Shown: piece by piece, positions 26,387-35,571 of the stretch | Numbering within the stretch: position 1 is the stretch's first letter | How the letters are laid out: each line of letters begins with the position of its first letter | Origin: a virus | Lineage: Duplodnaviria > Caudoviricetes | Strand: one strand, 5' to 3' | IMG/VR virus record: IMGVR_UViG_3300017691_000006 | Location: 1-64,000 of that record | DNA length: 64,000 nt | The notes under the pieces: generated by a model | The model's database searches: none | Seen by the model: only the letters and a program-made list of their open reading frames with translations | What the model was told of the DNA's origin: nothing | Position numbers and translations under genes: made by a program

Positions 26387-26783
26387 AGGCCCTCACCACG
26401 TTGTTGATGTCCAGGCCGGTGTGCGACCCGTCCACCCTCTGCTCGGCCTCGTGTTGGCGTCGCTTGATGGCGTTCGTGTGCTCCAGCGTGAAGTCGTAGA
26501 TCAGGAGCACCATCTGCGCCCCCAGGTCCACGAGGTTGCCGTTCATGAGCCTGACCGGGTGCGACCAGGTCTTGCTGTCACCGGCTCTGATGGCGCCCAC
26601 CGCTCCCCGGTACAGGTCGAGCTGACCCTCCCTGTCCAGGCATATGTCCCCGTAGGGGGAGTCGTAGGAGCCGTAGGTCTGCGTCAGGAAGTGCGCCCTG
26701 AGGCGGGCCTTAGCGTCAGCTCGGAGCATGGGCAGGTCGTCCAGCTCCGGGAATAGGCTGTACTGCATCTCACCTCCTGTCAC
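26373..26783 (-). CDS. Hypothetical protein (DUF4376-like fibre-associated protein)
   Basis: 136 aa; weak resemblance only. Confidence 0.4.
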   Translation of the reverse strand: MTGGEMQYSLFPELDDLPMLRADAKARLRAHFLTQTYGSYDSPYGDICLDREGQLDLYRGAVGAIRAGDSKTWSHPVRLMNGNLVDLGAQMVLLIYDFTLEHTNAIKRRQHEAEQRVDGSHTGLDINNVVRAYGAS

Positions 26784-26784
26784 T

Positions 26785-27111
26785 TTACTTGTCCTGCTTC
26801 TTGTCCAGCTTCCCGTCGATGCGCTCGAGGGTGGTGGCCACGCCGGCGAACAGCTCCTTGAGCTCCGCCTTGGTGACGTACTGCTTCGCGAGCAGGACCT
26901 CCAGCGAGGAGAGGCGTGCCAGCTGGGCCAGCACCTCGTCCTGTGCCTTGTCGATCGTCGTCTTGGGCACGTATGTCTGGGCGACGTGGAGCTCGAGCTT
27001 GTCGACCTTCTCCTTCGTCGCCCTCAGGTCGGCCCACACCGTCTTGACCCACCAGCTGAGCATGGTGATCACGATGGTGAGGACCAGACCGAGTACTTTC
27101 TCTAGGTCCAT
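26785..27111 (-). CDS. Small membrane protein (holin-like), N-terminal TM helix plus repeated coiled coil
   Basis: MDLEKVLGLVLTIVITMLSWWVK...; internal repeat LELHVAQTYVPK / LEVLLAKQYVTK; true start at 27111 inside a spurious 533-aa ORF. Confidence 0.55.
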   Translation of the reverse strand: MDLEKVLGLVLTIVITMLSWWVKTVWADLRATKEKVDKLELHVAQTYVPKTTIDKAQDEVLAQLARLSSLEVLLAKQYVTKAELKELFAGVATTLERIDGKLDKKQDK

Positions 27112-28466
27112 CAGAAGTTGAATCCCCTGGCCGTAGCCTTCTTGGCGCTCCTTATCGGCGCAAGGTAATCTGCTGCATACCGGACACCGTCGGAGTGATG
27201 CTCCACGCCCTCGCTCTTGTCGATGGTCGCCGTGTTCGGGTTGTTGTCCACCCACTTGGTGCGCTCCATCGAGGTGATGGTGTTCTTGCAGCGCGGGTGG
27301 AAGTACATGGAGACCTTCCCGTCGGCCGTCTTGAGCGCCGCGTTGACCGCGTTGACGCTGTCGACCATGGGAGGGGCCTTGCTGTGCGCCAGGCAGCGTA
27401 TGCCGTGGCTCTCCAGGATGGCGAAGTCGGTGACGCCCACCGTGGCCGAGGTCTTGCGCGCCCTGCCGCTCGGGTCGGGGTACGCGAAGATCCTGTGACC
27501 CCTGTACCGCGTCTTGAGCGCGATGGCCAGGGTCTCGGTGTCGGGGTGGCCGTGCATCTCGTCCAGGAAGTGGAACACCTTGCCCCTGCGGGCGAAGATG
27601 CTGGACGCCTGGATGCCGACGTTGAAGTCGATCGCCACGTGCACGTCCTCTCCGTCCACCTTCGTGGGGGAGGAGGGCTTGGCGAAGTCGGGCAGGTCGT
27701 GGACCACGTGCTCCTTGCGGTCGAAGCAGTAGAACACGTTGTTGCCCGAGTCCTTGAACTGAGCCAGGTACTCGGCGGCGAACGACCTGTCGTCCACCGT
27801 CGCCCTCAGCGCCTCTATCTCCTTGGGGTCCAGGTAGGGCGAGCCCAGGTAGTCGTAGTGGTACGACTTCCAGTTCTCGGGGTCCAGGTCCTGCATGTTG
27901 TACAGGTCGTAGAAGAAGTCGTAGCCGTTCGGTGTCGAGGCTATCAGCGCCCTGCCCGGCGACCTCGCGCCGTAGCGCCTGGCGTTCTCGGGGCTCCAGC
28001 GGGTCGAGATGCAGGGCCGGATGACGCTGTCCCAGGCCTTCTTCGGCTCGATGCCCCTCGTGCAGGTCGTCACCTCGTCCCAGGCCACGAAGTAGTAGCC
28101 CTTGCCGCGCATTCGCTCGACCGCCTCGTAGGACAGCAGCCTGAGCTCCACGTTGTTGGGCATGACGAACCTCGCCTGGTCCTGGGAGGACTTGATGGCG
28201 TACTGCTCGAAGCCCATGTCGTAGGCCAGCACGGGGTAGTAGATGTCCGTCACCTGGTCGTAGGTCGGGGCCACGATGGCGACGCGCTTGTTGGGCACCC
28301 AGGCGGGCAGCTCCATCAGCTCGAAGGTCGCGGTGGCGGCGGCGGTCGCCAGGAAGTAGCTCTTGCCCCAGCCGCGCGCGCAGCACACCGTGATGAAGCG
28401 GTGCTTGAGGTCGATGAACATGTCCTCGTAGGCCTCGGTCTGGCCCTCGTGCAGGTGTATCGCCAC
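27111..28466 (-). CDS. terL: Terminase large subunit
   Basis: Walker A ARGWGKS, Walker B FVAWDE, nuclease domain VAIDFN...HHSDGVRY. Confidence 0.95.
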   Translation of the reverse strand: MAIHLHEGQTEAYEDMFIDLKHRFITVCCARGWGKSYFLATAAATATFELMELPAWVPNKRVAIVAPTYDQVTDIYYPVLAYDMGFEQYAIKSSQDQARFVMPNNVELRLLSYEAVERMRGKGYYFVAWDEVTTCTRGIEPKKAWDSVIRPCISTRWSPENARRYGARSPGRALIASTPNGYDFFYDLYNMQDLDPENWKSYHYDYLGSPYLDPKEIEALRATVDDRSFAAEYLAQFKDSGNNVFYCFDRKEHVVHDLPDFAKPSSPTKVDGEDVHVAIDFNVGIQASSIFARRGKVFHFLDEMHGHPDTETLAIALKTRYRGHRIFAYPDPSGRARKTSATVGVTDFAILESHGIRCLAHSKAPPMVDSVNAVNAALKTADGKVSMYFHPRCKNTITSMERTKWVDNNPNTATIDKSEGVEHHSDGVRYAADYLAPIRSAKKATARGFNF

Positions 28467-28467
28467 C

Positions 28468-28569
28468 TCAGTCGCTCGCGAACAGCAGGTACAGCAGGAA
28501 CACCAGCAGGGCCAGCGGGTAGTGGGTGAACAGCATGCAGAACAGCACGACCATGAGCACCGTGTCCAT
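28468..28569 (-). CDS. Small hydrophobic peptide (33 aa)
   Basis: MDTVLMVVLFCMLFTHYPLALLVFLLYLLFASD. Confidence 0.4.
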   Translation of the reverse strand: MDTVLMVVLFCMLFTHYPLALLVFLLYLLFASD

Positions 28570-28699
28570 TACTCTATATCCTCTTGTATGTGGTTGTCCA
28601 GCGGGACGTAGAGCACGTCGTCGTCCCTGAGCTGGAAGGGGTAGCAGTCGCGAGGGGCGTCGGCCACGGGCACCCAGCAGGTACCCTCCAGCGCGTAGG

Positions 28700-29140
28700 T
28701 CATCCCTCCACCACCTGATCGTCCTCCTCGCGGTCACCCGTGTGGTAGACGGCTCCCTTCTTCGTGGTGTGAACGACGAACGCGGGCATCCTCTTGTCCT
28801 CCACCACCGTGGTCTCGGGAACGCGACCGTACCCGTACCTCAGCAGCTTGTCGCTGATGTTCATCTTCTTGTCCAGCAGCTTGTCCAGGTTGTCCGGGTA
28901 CCACGCCATCTCCAGACCCTTGGTCGTGAAGCGGATGATCTCCCTGTCCCTGTACTTGTACTCTAGTTGGATCAGCGCCTCGACCTCACGGTACAGCACC
29001 ACCAGCTCCTGTATGGGGTCGAAGCTGAGCTGAGCCAGTCGTTCCTTGGAGCGGGCAGACCCAGCGTGCATACGCTTCTGGGCTGTCAGCTGGTTGTCGT
29101 GAAGGCGAGGTTGCTCGATCACGCGCTTTGCGTCTGTCAC
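28700..29140 (-). CDS. Putative terminase small subunit
   Basis: First gene of the structural block, upstream of terL; helical LSFDPIQELV...LLRYGYGRVPE. Confidence 0.55.
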   Translation of the reverse strand: MTDAKRVIEQPRLHDNQLTAQKRMHAGSARSKERLAQLSFDPIQELVVLYREVEALIQLEYKYRDREIIRFTTKGLEMAWYPDNLDKLLDKKMNISDKLLRYGYGRVPETTVVEDKRMPAFVVHTTKKGAVYHTGDREEDDQVVEG

Positions 29141-29204
29141 GGCTACACCTCTGAGACTGCGGGCACAAAACTCCTTGAGAGCGCATCCCCGCTGTGTTAG
29201 TATC

Positions 29205-29217
29205 GTTAATCTAACGG
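29205..29217 (-). promoter_or_regulatory. Conserved motif core, degenerate copy
   Basis: Plus strand GTTAATCTAACGG versus core GTTAATTTAACGG (12/13), 65 nt upstream of the putative terS. Confidence 0.5.
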
Positions 29218-29361
29218 CCTCGGTGCAAGCCGCGTGTGGCTGACCCCAGCGTGCGGTCCCGTCGCTCTCCTCCCTATGTACGATCCGTGGACCCTCTCGG
29301 GTACGATCCCTCAGCGAGAGGGTGCTGACCCAGGGTACCCTCCCCTAGCCTCCTCTATCAG

Positions 29362-29389
29362 TATATAGATATATTATATATTTGTTATA
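29362..29389. other. AT-rich tract (26 of 28 nt A/T)
   Basis: TATATAGATATATTATATATTTGTTATA in an otherwise GC-rich genome. Confidence 0.9.
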
Positions 29390-29446
29390 CCCTATACCTA
29401 CCCTACCCAGAGGGGGATAGAGGGGCCTTACGGCCGGGAGGCGGCT

Positions 29447-29469
29447 CAGGGTTAATTTAACGGGTTGGG
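29447..29469 (-). promoter_or_regulatory. 23-bp conserved motif, perfect copy (candidate phage RNAP promoter)
   Basis: Plus strand CAGGGTTAATTTAACGGGTTGGG, identical at 50187 and 50234. Confidence 0.75.
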
Positions 29470-29484
29470 CCCTAAGGCGCGAGG

Positions 29485-29512
29485 TTGACAGTGCGTTGCT
29501 CTGAGGTATATA
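29485..29512 (+). promoter_or_regulatory. Sigma70-like promoter candidate on the non-coding strand
   Basis: TTGACA-N16-TATATA; perfect -35, imperfect -10. Confidence 0.4.
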
Positions 29513-29534
29513 GCCAAAAAATAAATAAGGTAGG

Positions 29535-29595
29535 AGCCCCTCCGGGCACACCATTCCAGCCCGCGAGGGACCAGAACGATGTGCCCGGAGGGGCT
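29535..29595 (-). terminator. 16-bp perfect inverted repeat closing the accessory block
   Basis: AGCCCCTCCGGGCACA ... TGTGCCCGGAGGGGCT; on the minus strand followed by CCTACCTTATTTATTTTTT. Confidence 0.7.
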
Positions 29596-29599
29596 GAGG

Positions 29600-29839
29600 T
29601 CAGATCATAGAGTGGTAGGTGCCCACCAAGCAGCCTAGGAAGCCCTTGACGAAGTCCTCGTTGACGCTGAAGCCGTTGGTGTCGGCCGACTTGGCGTAGA
29701 AGCTGCAGTCGGTGCCGTGCCAGACGCACTCCACGGATACTTGGCCGTTGGGGCTGCTGATCTTGTAGCGACCAGGCGCCTTGCGACCGTTCTCCAGCCA
29801 GTTGTTCATGGCGTGGAGCTTGATGTCGTTAAGCCTCAC
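29600..29839 (-). CDS. Hypothetical protein (79 aa)
   Basis: Last gene of the accessory block. Confidence 0.55.
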   Translation of the reverse strand: MRLNDIKLHAMNNWLENGRKAPGRYKISSPNGQVSVECVWHGTDCSFYAKSADTNGFSVNEDFVKGFLGCLVGTYHSMI

Positions 29840-30005
29840 CGCAGCTCCACCTTAACGCAGCCGTAGCGCTTGTAGTTGCGCGCGGCCGTGTAGATGGTCT
29901 TGAACAGGCTGTTGCCGTCGTACAGCTTCTCGTAGTGGTAGATGCCCTCGGGCCAGAGCGTCGTCTTCTCGTCTGTCCAGCCCCACACCTGGTGCTTCCA
30001 GCCCA

Positions 30006-30464
30006 TCAGTGACCTCCCGCGGTCAGCAGCTCGAGCCGCTCGTCGAGAGCCCACTCGTACAGTCGCATGGCGTCCGCCTGGCGCTCCATCAGCATCTGCA
30101 TCTCGCCGCTCACGAGGGTCTCGGCCTTGGTGGCCAGGAACTCCTCCAGGCGCTTGATGTTTTCTCGCAGCGCTGTTTGTTCGTCGTGGACCCGCTCGTA
30201 GAACGTGGTCTCGGCCTTCTCCGAGAACAGCTTGTCGAACAGGGCTCGGGCGAACACGGCGAGCGACTCGTCGGGCAGCTTGACGATCATGTCGCCGTCC
30301 TTGACGCGGGCGCCCTTGAGGAAGGTGTGGCCCTCGTCGTTCAACGTGAGCTCCTTCGCTACGACGGCCTGGATGACCCAGCGAGGGAGGGCGATGGTGT
30401 CCTCGCCGAAGTTGTCTCGGTGCTCGAAGGCTTCGACCTCGGTCTGGTTCAGCAGGTACTTCAT
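30006..30464 (-). CDS. Hypothetical protein with crAss001_48-like C-terminal helical hairpin
   Basis: ERVHDEQTALRENIKRLEEFL...LMERQADAMRLYEWALDERL. Confidence 0.55.
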   Translation of the reverse strand: MKYLLNQTEVEAFEHRDNFGEDTIALPRWVIQAVVAKELTLNDEGHTFLKGARVKDGDMIVKLPDESLAVFARALFDKLFSEKAETTFYERVHDEQTALRENIKRLEEFLATKAETLVSGEMQMLMERQADAMRLYEWALDERLELLTAGGH

Positions 30465-30474
30465 TGTTTTCTCC

Positions 30475-30696
30475 TCAGTTCACGAACGGGTGCCGCAGGC
30501 GACCCTCCTTGTCGAAGCAGAGCTTGCTCGGGCTGCCCTTACCGTTGTACACGATCTCGCCGCCCAGTTTCAGACAGTTGGTGTTCCACTGCACTCGGCG
30601 GCGCTCCTCCTCCTTGATCTGCTTCTCCCAATCGGCACAGCCGACCGTGACGAAGCTACATGCAAGGACGAGGGCGAACGTCAGCAGCTGGCGCAT
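30475..30696 (-). CDS. Small lipoprotein
   Basis: Signal peptide and lipobox VTVG-C. Confidence 0.55.
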   Translation of the reverse strand: MRQLLTFALVLACSFVTVGCADWEKQIKEEERRRVQWNTNCLKLGGEIVYNGKGSPSKLCFDKEGRLRHPFVN

Positions 30697-32104
30697 CCAG
30701 CATCTCCTTCTTGTTGGTTGCCATGCGAACGAACTCGAGCAGGTGGTCCCTGTCGCAGTACTCGTTGCCCGTGTACCTGCACTTGTACAGCTTGTAGACC
30801 CCGAGACCGATCTCCCAGGCGATGACCTGGGCCATCGTGATCTCCGAGGCTGTCAGCTTGAGGTTGTCGAACTCCTGCTTGCTGCGGAATACGTAGATCA
30901 ATGGATCACCTCGTCTGCCAGGTAGCACATGCCGACGATCGTGACGGCTAGGAGCGCCATGACCAGCCCGACGAAGATCATGATCTCCATGAAGTGAGCC
31001 GTAGCGTAGATTATCTCGAGTAGTTTCGACATTCTTCTCTCTTGAGTTTGATGTGGACGTAGGTGGCCACGGCCGACGAGACCGTGACCGCTGCTACAAG
31101 ACCCACGCCCAGGGTGAGCGCGAGGTCGGCTATCAACCGGTCAGCTTGCCGATCGTCGCGGAGATGGTGCCGATCAGCACCGCCCCGACGACCGTGAGCG
31201 AGAGCACGGTCCCGAAGAACAGCGTGAGGCTCACGACCAGATGAGCCCCAGGGCCGACGCGGCCACGGAGCCGGCCAGCAGGTAGATGCTCAGGCCGGCG
31301 ACGTTCTGGCCCAGCGAGATGGTGTCTCGGTTGTAGGACTGCGAGACCACCATGCCGCCGAAGATGCCCAGGCAGGACAGCACGGCGAACGTGAGGCTGA
31401 TGCAGACGAAGGTGGTCATGTTGTTACTCCTTATGACTTTGCGATTGCGTAGAGGCCCATCGAGACGACGGACACGGTCAGGAGACCCATGCCGAGCATG
31501 CCCATGGCCTTGCCGGTGGTGCCCATGAAGTCTTGGGTCGCGTCGACGATGAAGCCCGCCACGAAGGTGCCGACCGACAGCAGGGCCACGACCAGCATGA
31601 TTTTGATAAACAGAGGAATGTCAGCGGTCCTTGAGCGCGAGGAACGCCTGAGCGTTCTCGATGAGGTGGTTGAAGGTGTCGGCGGAGAGGTCGAGCTGCC
31701 TGTTCTCGGGCATGCGCGAGTGCAGGGTACCCGGCCTCGGCGACTTGTCGATGATGCGGTAGGTCACCTCACCGGCGATGTTCGTGTCACAGACGACCTT
31801 GAGCTTGTCGGTCTCGGCGACGGTGGAGCGGCTTGATCGGATGTCCATTACCAGCGCTTCCCCTTGAAGGTCTCGAACTTGCGGTTGTAGAGCTCGTGCA
31901 CGGCGTCAGTGGTGCAGAGGTCGGCGCTCTCGCTCAGCTTCTTGGCCTCCTCGATACGCGCCTTGAACTGCGCGATGTCGTGCTCGCTCTCGGCGATCGA
32001 GTCCTCGCACTGGCGAACCAGACTCACGAGGTTCATCATGTTGGAGTTGTGCAGGGACTCGGTCTTCTCCTGCATGAGCTCGTCGAAGGTCTTCATTGCC
32101 ATGT

Positions 32105-32587
32105 TCAGTTACCTGCCTGCAGCTTGCGGTACGAGTGGAAGACGCCGTTCGCGTCGGGCGCGACGACGAAGTTGCCCCGGTGGGCCTTGAGGAAGCCGTT
32201 GAGCTTGGCGACGATGGCGGTCAGCTCGCCGTTCGCCGTGACCTTGTCGATGATCGGGTTGGTCTCGGTCTCCGACGGGATCGCCGGCTTCTCGGCCACG
32301 TAGGCCTTGACGTTGATCTCCAGCTGGCGTCCGGGGAGCGGCATGCCCTCGACGCGCTCCATGCGGACGAGCAGCAGCTGCAGCCGGATCGACTTGGGCA
32401 GCGTGACGATGTGGCGGTCGATCGTGTCCTTGTACTGGATCGCGATCTTGCCGCCCGGCGACGGGATCAGCACGATGCTCTCGCCCTGCAGCGTGACGTC
32501 GACGTAGTCGGGGCGACCCAGCTGCTCGACGTCGTTGTCGGTGAGGGTCAGGTAGGAGGACTTGTCGGTGACGGTGATGTAGCTCAT
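32105..32587 (-). CDS. Hypothetical protein
   Basis: Start reassigned to MSYITV (32587). Confidence 0.55.
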   Translation of the reverse strand: MSYITVTDKSSYLTLTDNDVEQLGRPDYVDVTLQGESIVLIPSPGGKIAIQYKDTIDRHIVTLPKSIRLQLLLVRMERVEGMPLPGRQLEINVKAYVAEKPAIPSETETNPIIDKVTANGELTAIVAKLNGFLKAHRGNFVVAPDANGVFHSYRKLQAGN

Positions 32588-32609
32588 GTGTTCTCTCTCT
32601 CGATGTAGT

Positions 32610-32924
32610 TCAGGCGAGCGCGACGGAGACGGGCACTCCGTCCTCGAGCTGCACCTTGACGCAGACGGCGCTGCCGGCGACGAAGCCCTCGAGCTCGCTC
32701 TTCTCGACCTTGTTCTCGGCGCGCAGGCCGGTGAGCCTGAAGTTGGCAAACCTGTTCGGCGTCGTGATGTAGCCGTTGGCAGGGTCGATGAGCACCAGGT
32801 CGTTGCTGACCGACGGGTCGCGCTCGCTGCGCAGCACCTCCGCCACGACGCGGCCGTTCTCGATGGTGCCGATGACCTTAACGTTGTACTTACCGATTAC
32901 GATCGGCTTGCGAATGTTGATCAA
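32610..32924 (-). CDS. Hypothetical protein (104 aa)
   Basis: ORF in operon orientation. Confidence 0.55.
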   Translation of the reverse strand: MINIRKPIVIGKYNVKVIGTIENGRVVAEVLRSERDPSVSNDLVLIDPANGYITTPNRFANFRLTGLRAENKVEKSELEGFVAGSAVCVKVQLEDGVPVSVALA

Positions 32925-33167
32925 GGGGTTGGTCTTCCTGTGCGTAGAGTTTGCCGCGCGAGAGCACCACCCAGCCGCCCTGGGGCACGATGGCGCTCTC
33001 TACAGCGGATAGCCGGATGGCTGCCTGACCTGGTCGCGTGACGGACTCGTGCACCCTCGCGTCCTCGGCGAGCCACGCGGGCCACACGGACTTGTCCATG
33101 TTGTTTACTTGGTAAGCTTGCATACCAGGTCTCCTGTGAGGGCCATCGCACGGCCCTCGGGTTGTCG

Positions 33168-33554
33168 TCAGTCGAGCGCGGCGAGCTGCAGCTTGAGCTC
33201 CTCGACCGAGGCGCCGGAGAGCTTCTCGTCCTCCTTGTTCTCGATCAAGCGCATGATCTTGTCGCGCTTCTCCTTGTTCTCGCGGCGCTCGGTGGCCTTC
33301 TTGGCCTCCTCCTGCTTGACCTCGATGATGCGCTTGACGACCTCGAGCCGGGTCTTGAGGTCCGGGTCGGCGGTCGCCGTCTGCACGAGCGACTCGGTCT
33401 CGGTCGCCTTGATGTCGGCCAGCAGCACGGTGCCGATGGCGTTGAGGCTCGTGTCGCCGAGGATCGGCAGCGACCACAGCTGCTCGACGGTGAGCTGGCC
33501 CTTGTTGGAGTCGAAGCGGAGCTTCTTGCGGGTGACGGTCTCGAATGCGTTCAT
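33168..33554 (-). CDS. Conserved-looking phage coiled-coil protein (128 aa)
   Basis: FETVTRKKLRFDSNKGQLTVEQLWSLP; directly downstream of the 663-aa gene. Confidence 0.65.
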   Translation of the reverse strand: MNAFETVTRKKLRFDSNKGQLTVEQLWSLPILGDTSLNAIGTVLLADIKATETESLVQTATADPDLKTRLEVVKRIIEVKQEEAKKATERRENKEKRDKIMRLIENKEDEKLSGASVEELKLQLAALD

Positions 33555-33579
33555 GGTAGTCTGTATCCCTTCTTGGTTG

Positions 33580-35571
33580 TTACATCTTCACCCGGTACGG
33601 GCGACCGTCGGCGACCACCTCGAAGGTGGCCGAGTTCGTGGAGGAGAAGCCGACGCCCGCCAGCTGGTCCTCCGTGGGCTCGCACTTGGTCTTGGAGCCC
33701 AGCACCTCCAGCACCTTGCGGTGCTCCTGCAGCTCCGGCCGCAGCGCCTCGTTGAAGAAGCCGCGGACGGGGTCGGGCGACCTGCAGTCCTTGAGCATCA
33801 GGAACAGGTGCTTGTTGCCCTGCTGCCGCGACTGCTCCCAGTAGTTGGGCGAGAGCAGCACGGTCTCGACGGGCACGCGCTCGCCGAGCTTGACGCCCCA
33901 CTTCTCGCCGCCTCGCATGGAGCCCTCGCGGACGAGCTTGGACTTCTCGACGTTGACGACCTCGCCGTCGCGCACGGTGACCAGCAGGTAGGTGTTCTTG
34001 CCGCGCACCTCCTGGTCGAAGTGGAACTGGCGCACGACGCCCTTGTTCTCCAGCTCCAGCGTGAAGCCGAAGTCCTTGCCCTCGCGCTGCTTGTACTGGT
34101 TCACCTGCACCTGGTACGTGCCGTCCCGCAGGTTGAAGCGGGTGTAGGACACGTTCTCGACGGCGTCCCGCACCGGTTGCGACACGTTCATGTCGACGTC
34201 GAGCTTGCCGGCCTTGTTGCCGTGGTAGACGACGTGGCCGGTGGGCTCCGTGACCCAGATGTCGAGGTCGTCCAGGTTGAACCAAGCCAGCGAGATGCGG
34301 AGGGCGGCGTTCGTGACGTTACCGCCCTTAGCCTCCACCCGGTTCCTGATGCTGGCGTCCGCGACGTCGCCGTCGTAGGACCATGCGAAGTCGTTGCCCC
34401 ACGAGAAGAGCCCGCCCGAGGCCTCGTCCTGCGCCGCCGTCAGGGCGACGAAGTTGGTCGAGTTCTCGGGACGGACCACGGCCTCTAGCTTGCGGGTGCC
34501 CGGCAGCACCTCGCTCAGGAACGTCTGCACCGGGATGTCGGTGAACGCCTGGGGCAGCTTGTCGCCCTTGCCGACCGAGGTCCCCAGGATGTCCGACAGG
34601 CTCTCGGCGCCCTTCATGCGGTCGCGGACGTCGTTGTCCACGAACAGCACGTCGTTCACGTTGAGGTCGTCGGGCCGCGCCATGCGGCGACGGATCGCCC
34701 CGCCCAGGCCGAGCTCCTCCAGCTTCTTGGAGGCGTTCTCGACCATCTGCGCCGAGATCGGGGCGCTGGTACGGCGGTAGTTGTCGGGAGCCACCTTGCT
34801 CTCGAACGAGGCCACGGCCCTCTCCAGCAGAACGTCGTTCGACAGGTCGACGACGAGGGTGCCGATCGCCGTGTTGCGGAAGCGGGTCGCGGGCTGGTGC
34901 AGGTTGCCCCAGATGAAGTCCTCGCTGCGGCCCGACTCGGACCAGAGGTTCTTCAGCTTGAGGAAGTCTGCAACCGCCTTGCGATGCTCCTCACCGCGGT
35001 AGAGCTGCTTGCCGTCGATGAGCTCGAGCACGGTCTCCAGCGAGCCCGTGAGCAGCTCCTTGAGGCCGCGCTGCAGGACCTGGTAGGTCGAGTTGAGCTC
35101 GCCCGCCTTCTTGTCCGGCGTGAGCGAGAAGTGACGGTCCTCGACGCGGCCGTGGAAGTGGTGGAACTTCCGGTCGCTCTTGTCGTCGAAGTTGCTCTCG
35201 GTGCCGAACGAGCGCTCCTTGCTACGGAACACGCCGACGATCGGCGCGGCCATCAGCAGGTCGTGCAGCTTCTTGGCCACGACCTCGTACGCGTAGTAGC
35301 TGACCATGGCGTCGCCGAGGTCCCAGCAGGTCGTGCGGTTGCCCGCGCTGTCGACGGCCACCAGCGAGCCGAGGCGTCGCAGGTACTGCTTGCAGCAGTT
35401 GCAGTCGTGCTCGGTGCGCTCACGGAACAGCGGGTTGGTGCCGTCCGGGAACGCGGCGAGGTAGTGGTCGAACACGTCGACGTCGAGGCGCACGACGAAC
35501 AGCTCGCTCGTCTTGGCCATGTCGTTGTACTTGGTGTGGACGCGGTCTGCGAATGACTTGAAGTCGGACAT
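33580..35571 (-). CDS. Large protein (663 aa) with YfaP/DUF2135-like domain
   Basis: ISLAWFNLDDLDIWVTEP...LDVDMN...VENV...GTYQVQVNQY; N-terminal HDCNCC motif. Confidence 0.6.
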   Translation of the reverse strand: MSDFKSFADRVHTKYNDMAKTSELFVVRLDVDVFDHYLAAFPDGTNPLFRERTEHDCNCCKQYLRRLGSLVAVDSAGNRTTCWDLGDAMVSYYAYEVVAKKLHDLLMAAPIVGVFRSKERSFGTESNFDDKSDRKFHHFHGRVEDRHFSLTPDKKAGELNSTYQVLQRGLKELLTGSLETVLELIDGKQLYRGEEHRKAVADFLKLKNLWSESGRSEDFIWGNLHQPATRFRNTAIGTLVVDLSNDVLLERAVASFESKVAPDNYRRTSAPISAQMVENASKKLEELGLGGAIRRRMARPDDLNVNDVLFVDNDVRDRMKGAESLSDILGTSVGKGDKLPQAFTDIPVQTFLSEVLPGTRKLEAVVRPENSTNFVALTAAQDEASGGLFSWGNDFAWSYDGDVADASIRNRVEAKGGNVTNAALRISLAWFNLDDLDIWVTEPTGHVVYHGNKAGKLDVDMNVSQPVRDAVENVSYTRFNLRDGTYQVQVNQYKQREGKDFGFTLELENKGVVRQFHFDQEVRGKNTYLLVTVRDGEVVNVEKSKLVREGSMRGGEKWGVKLGERVPVETVLLSPNYWEQSRQQGNKHLFLMLKDCRSPDPVRGFFNEALRPELQEHRKVLEVLGSKTKCEPTEDQLAGVGFSSTNSATFEVVADGRPYRVKM

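Noticed and set aside
26785-28386. 533-aa ORF overlapping terL
   Set aside because: Only the last 108 aa (from ATG 27111) look like a protein; the rest is an alternative frame of terL
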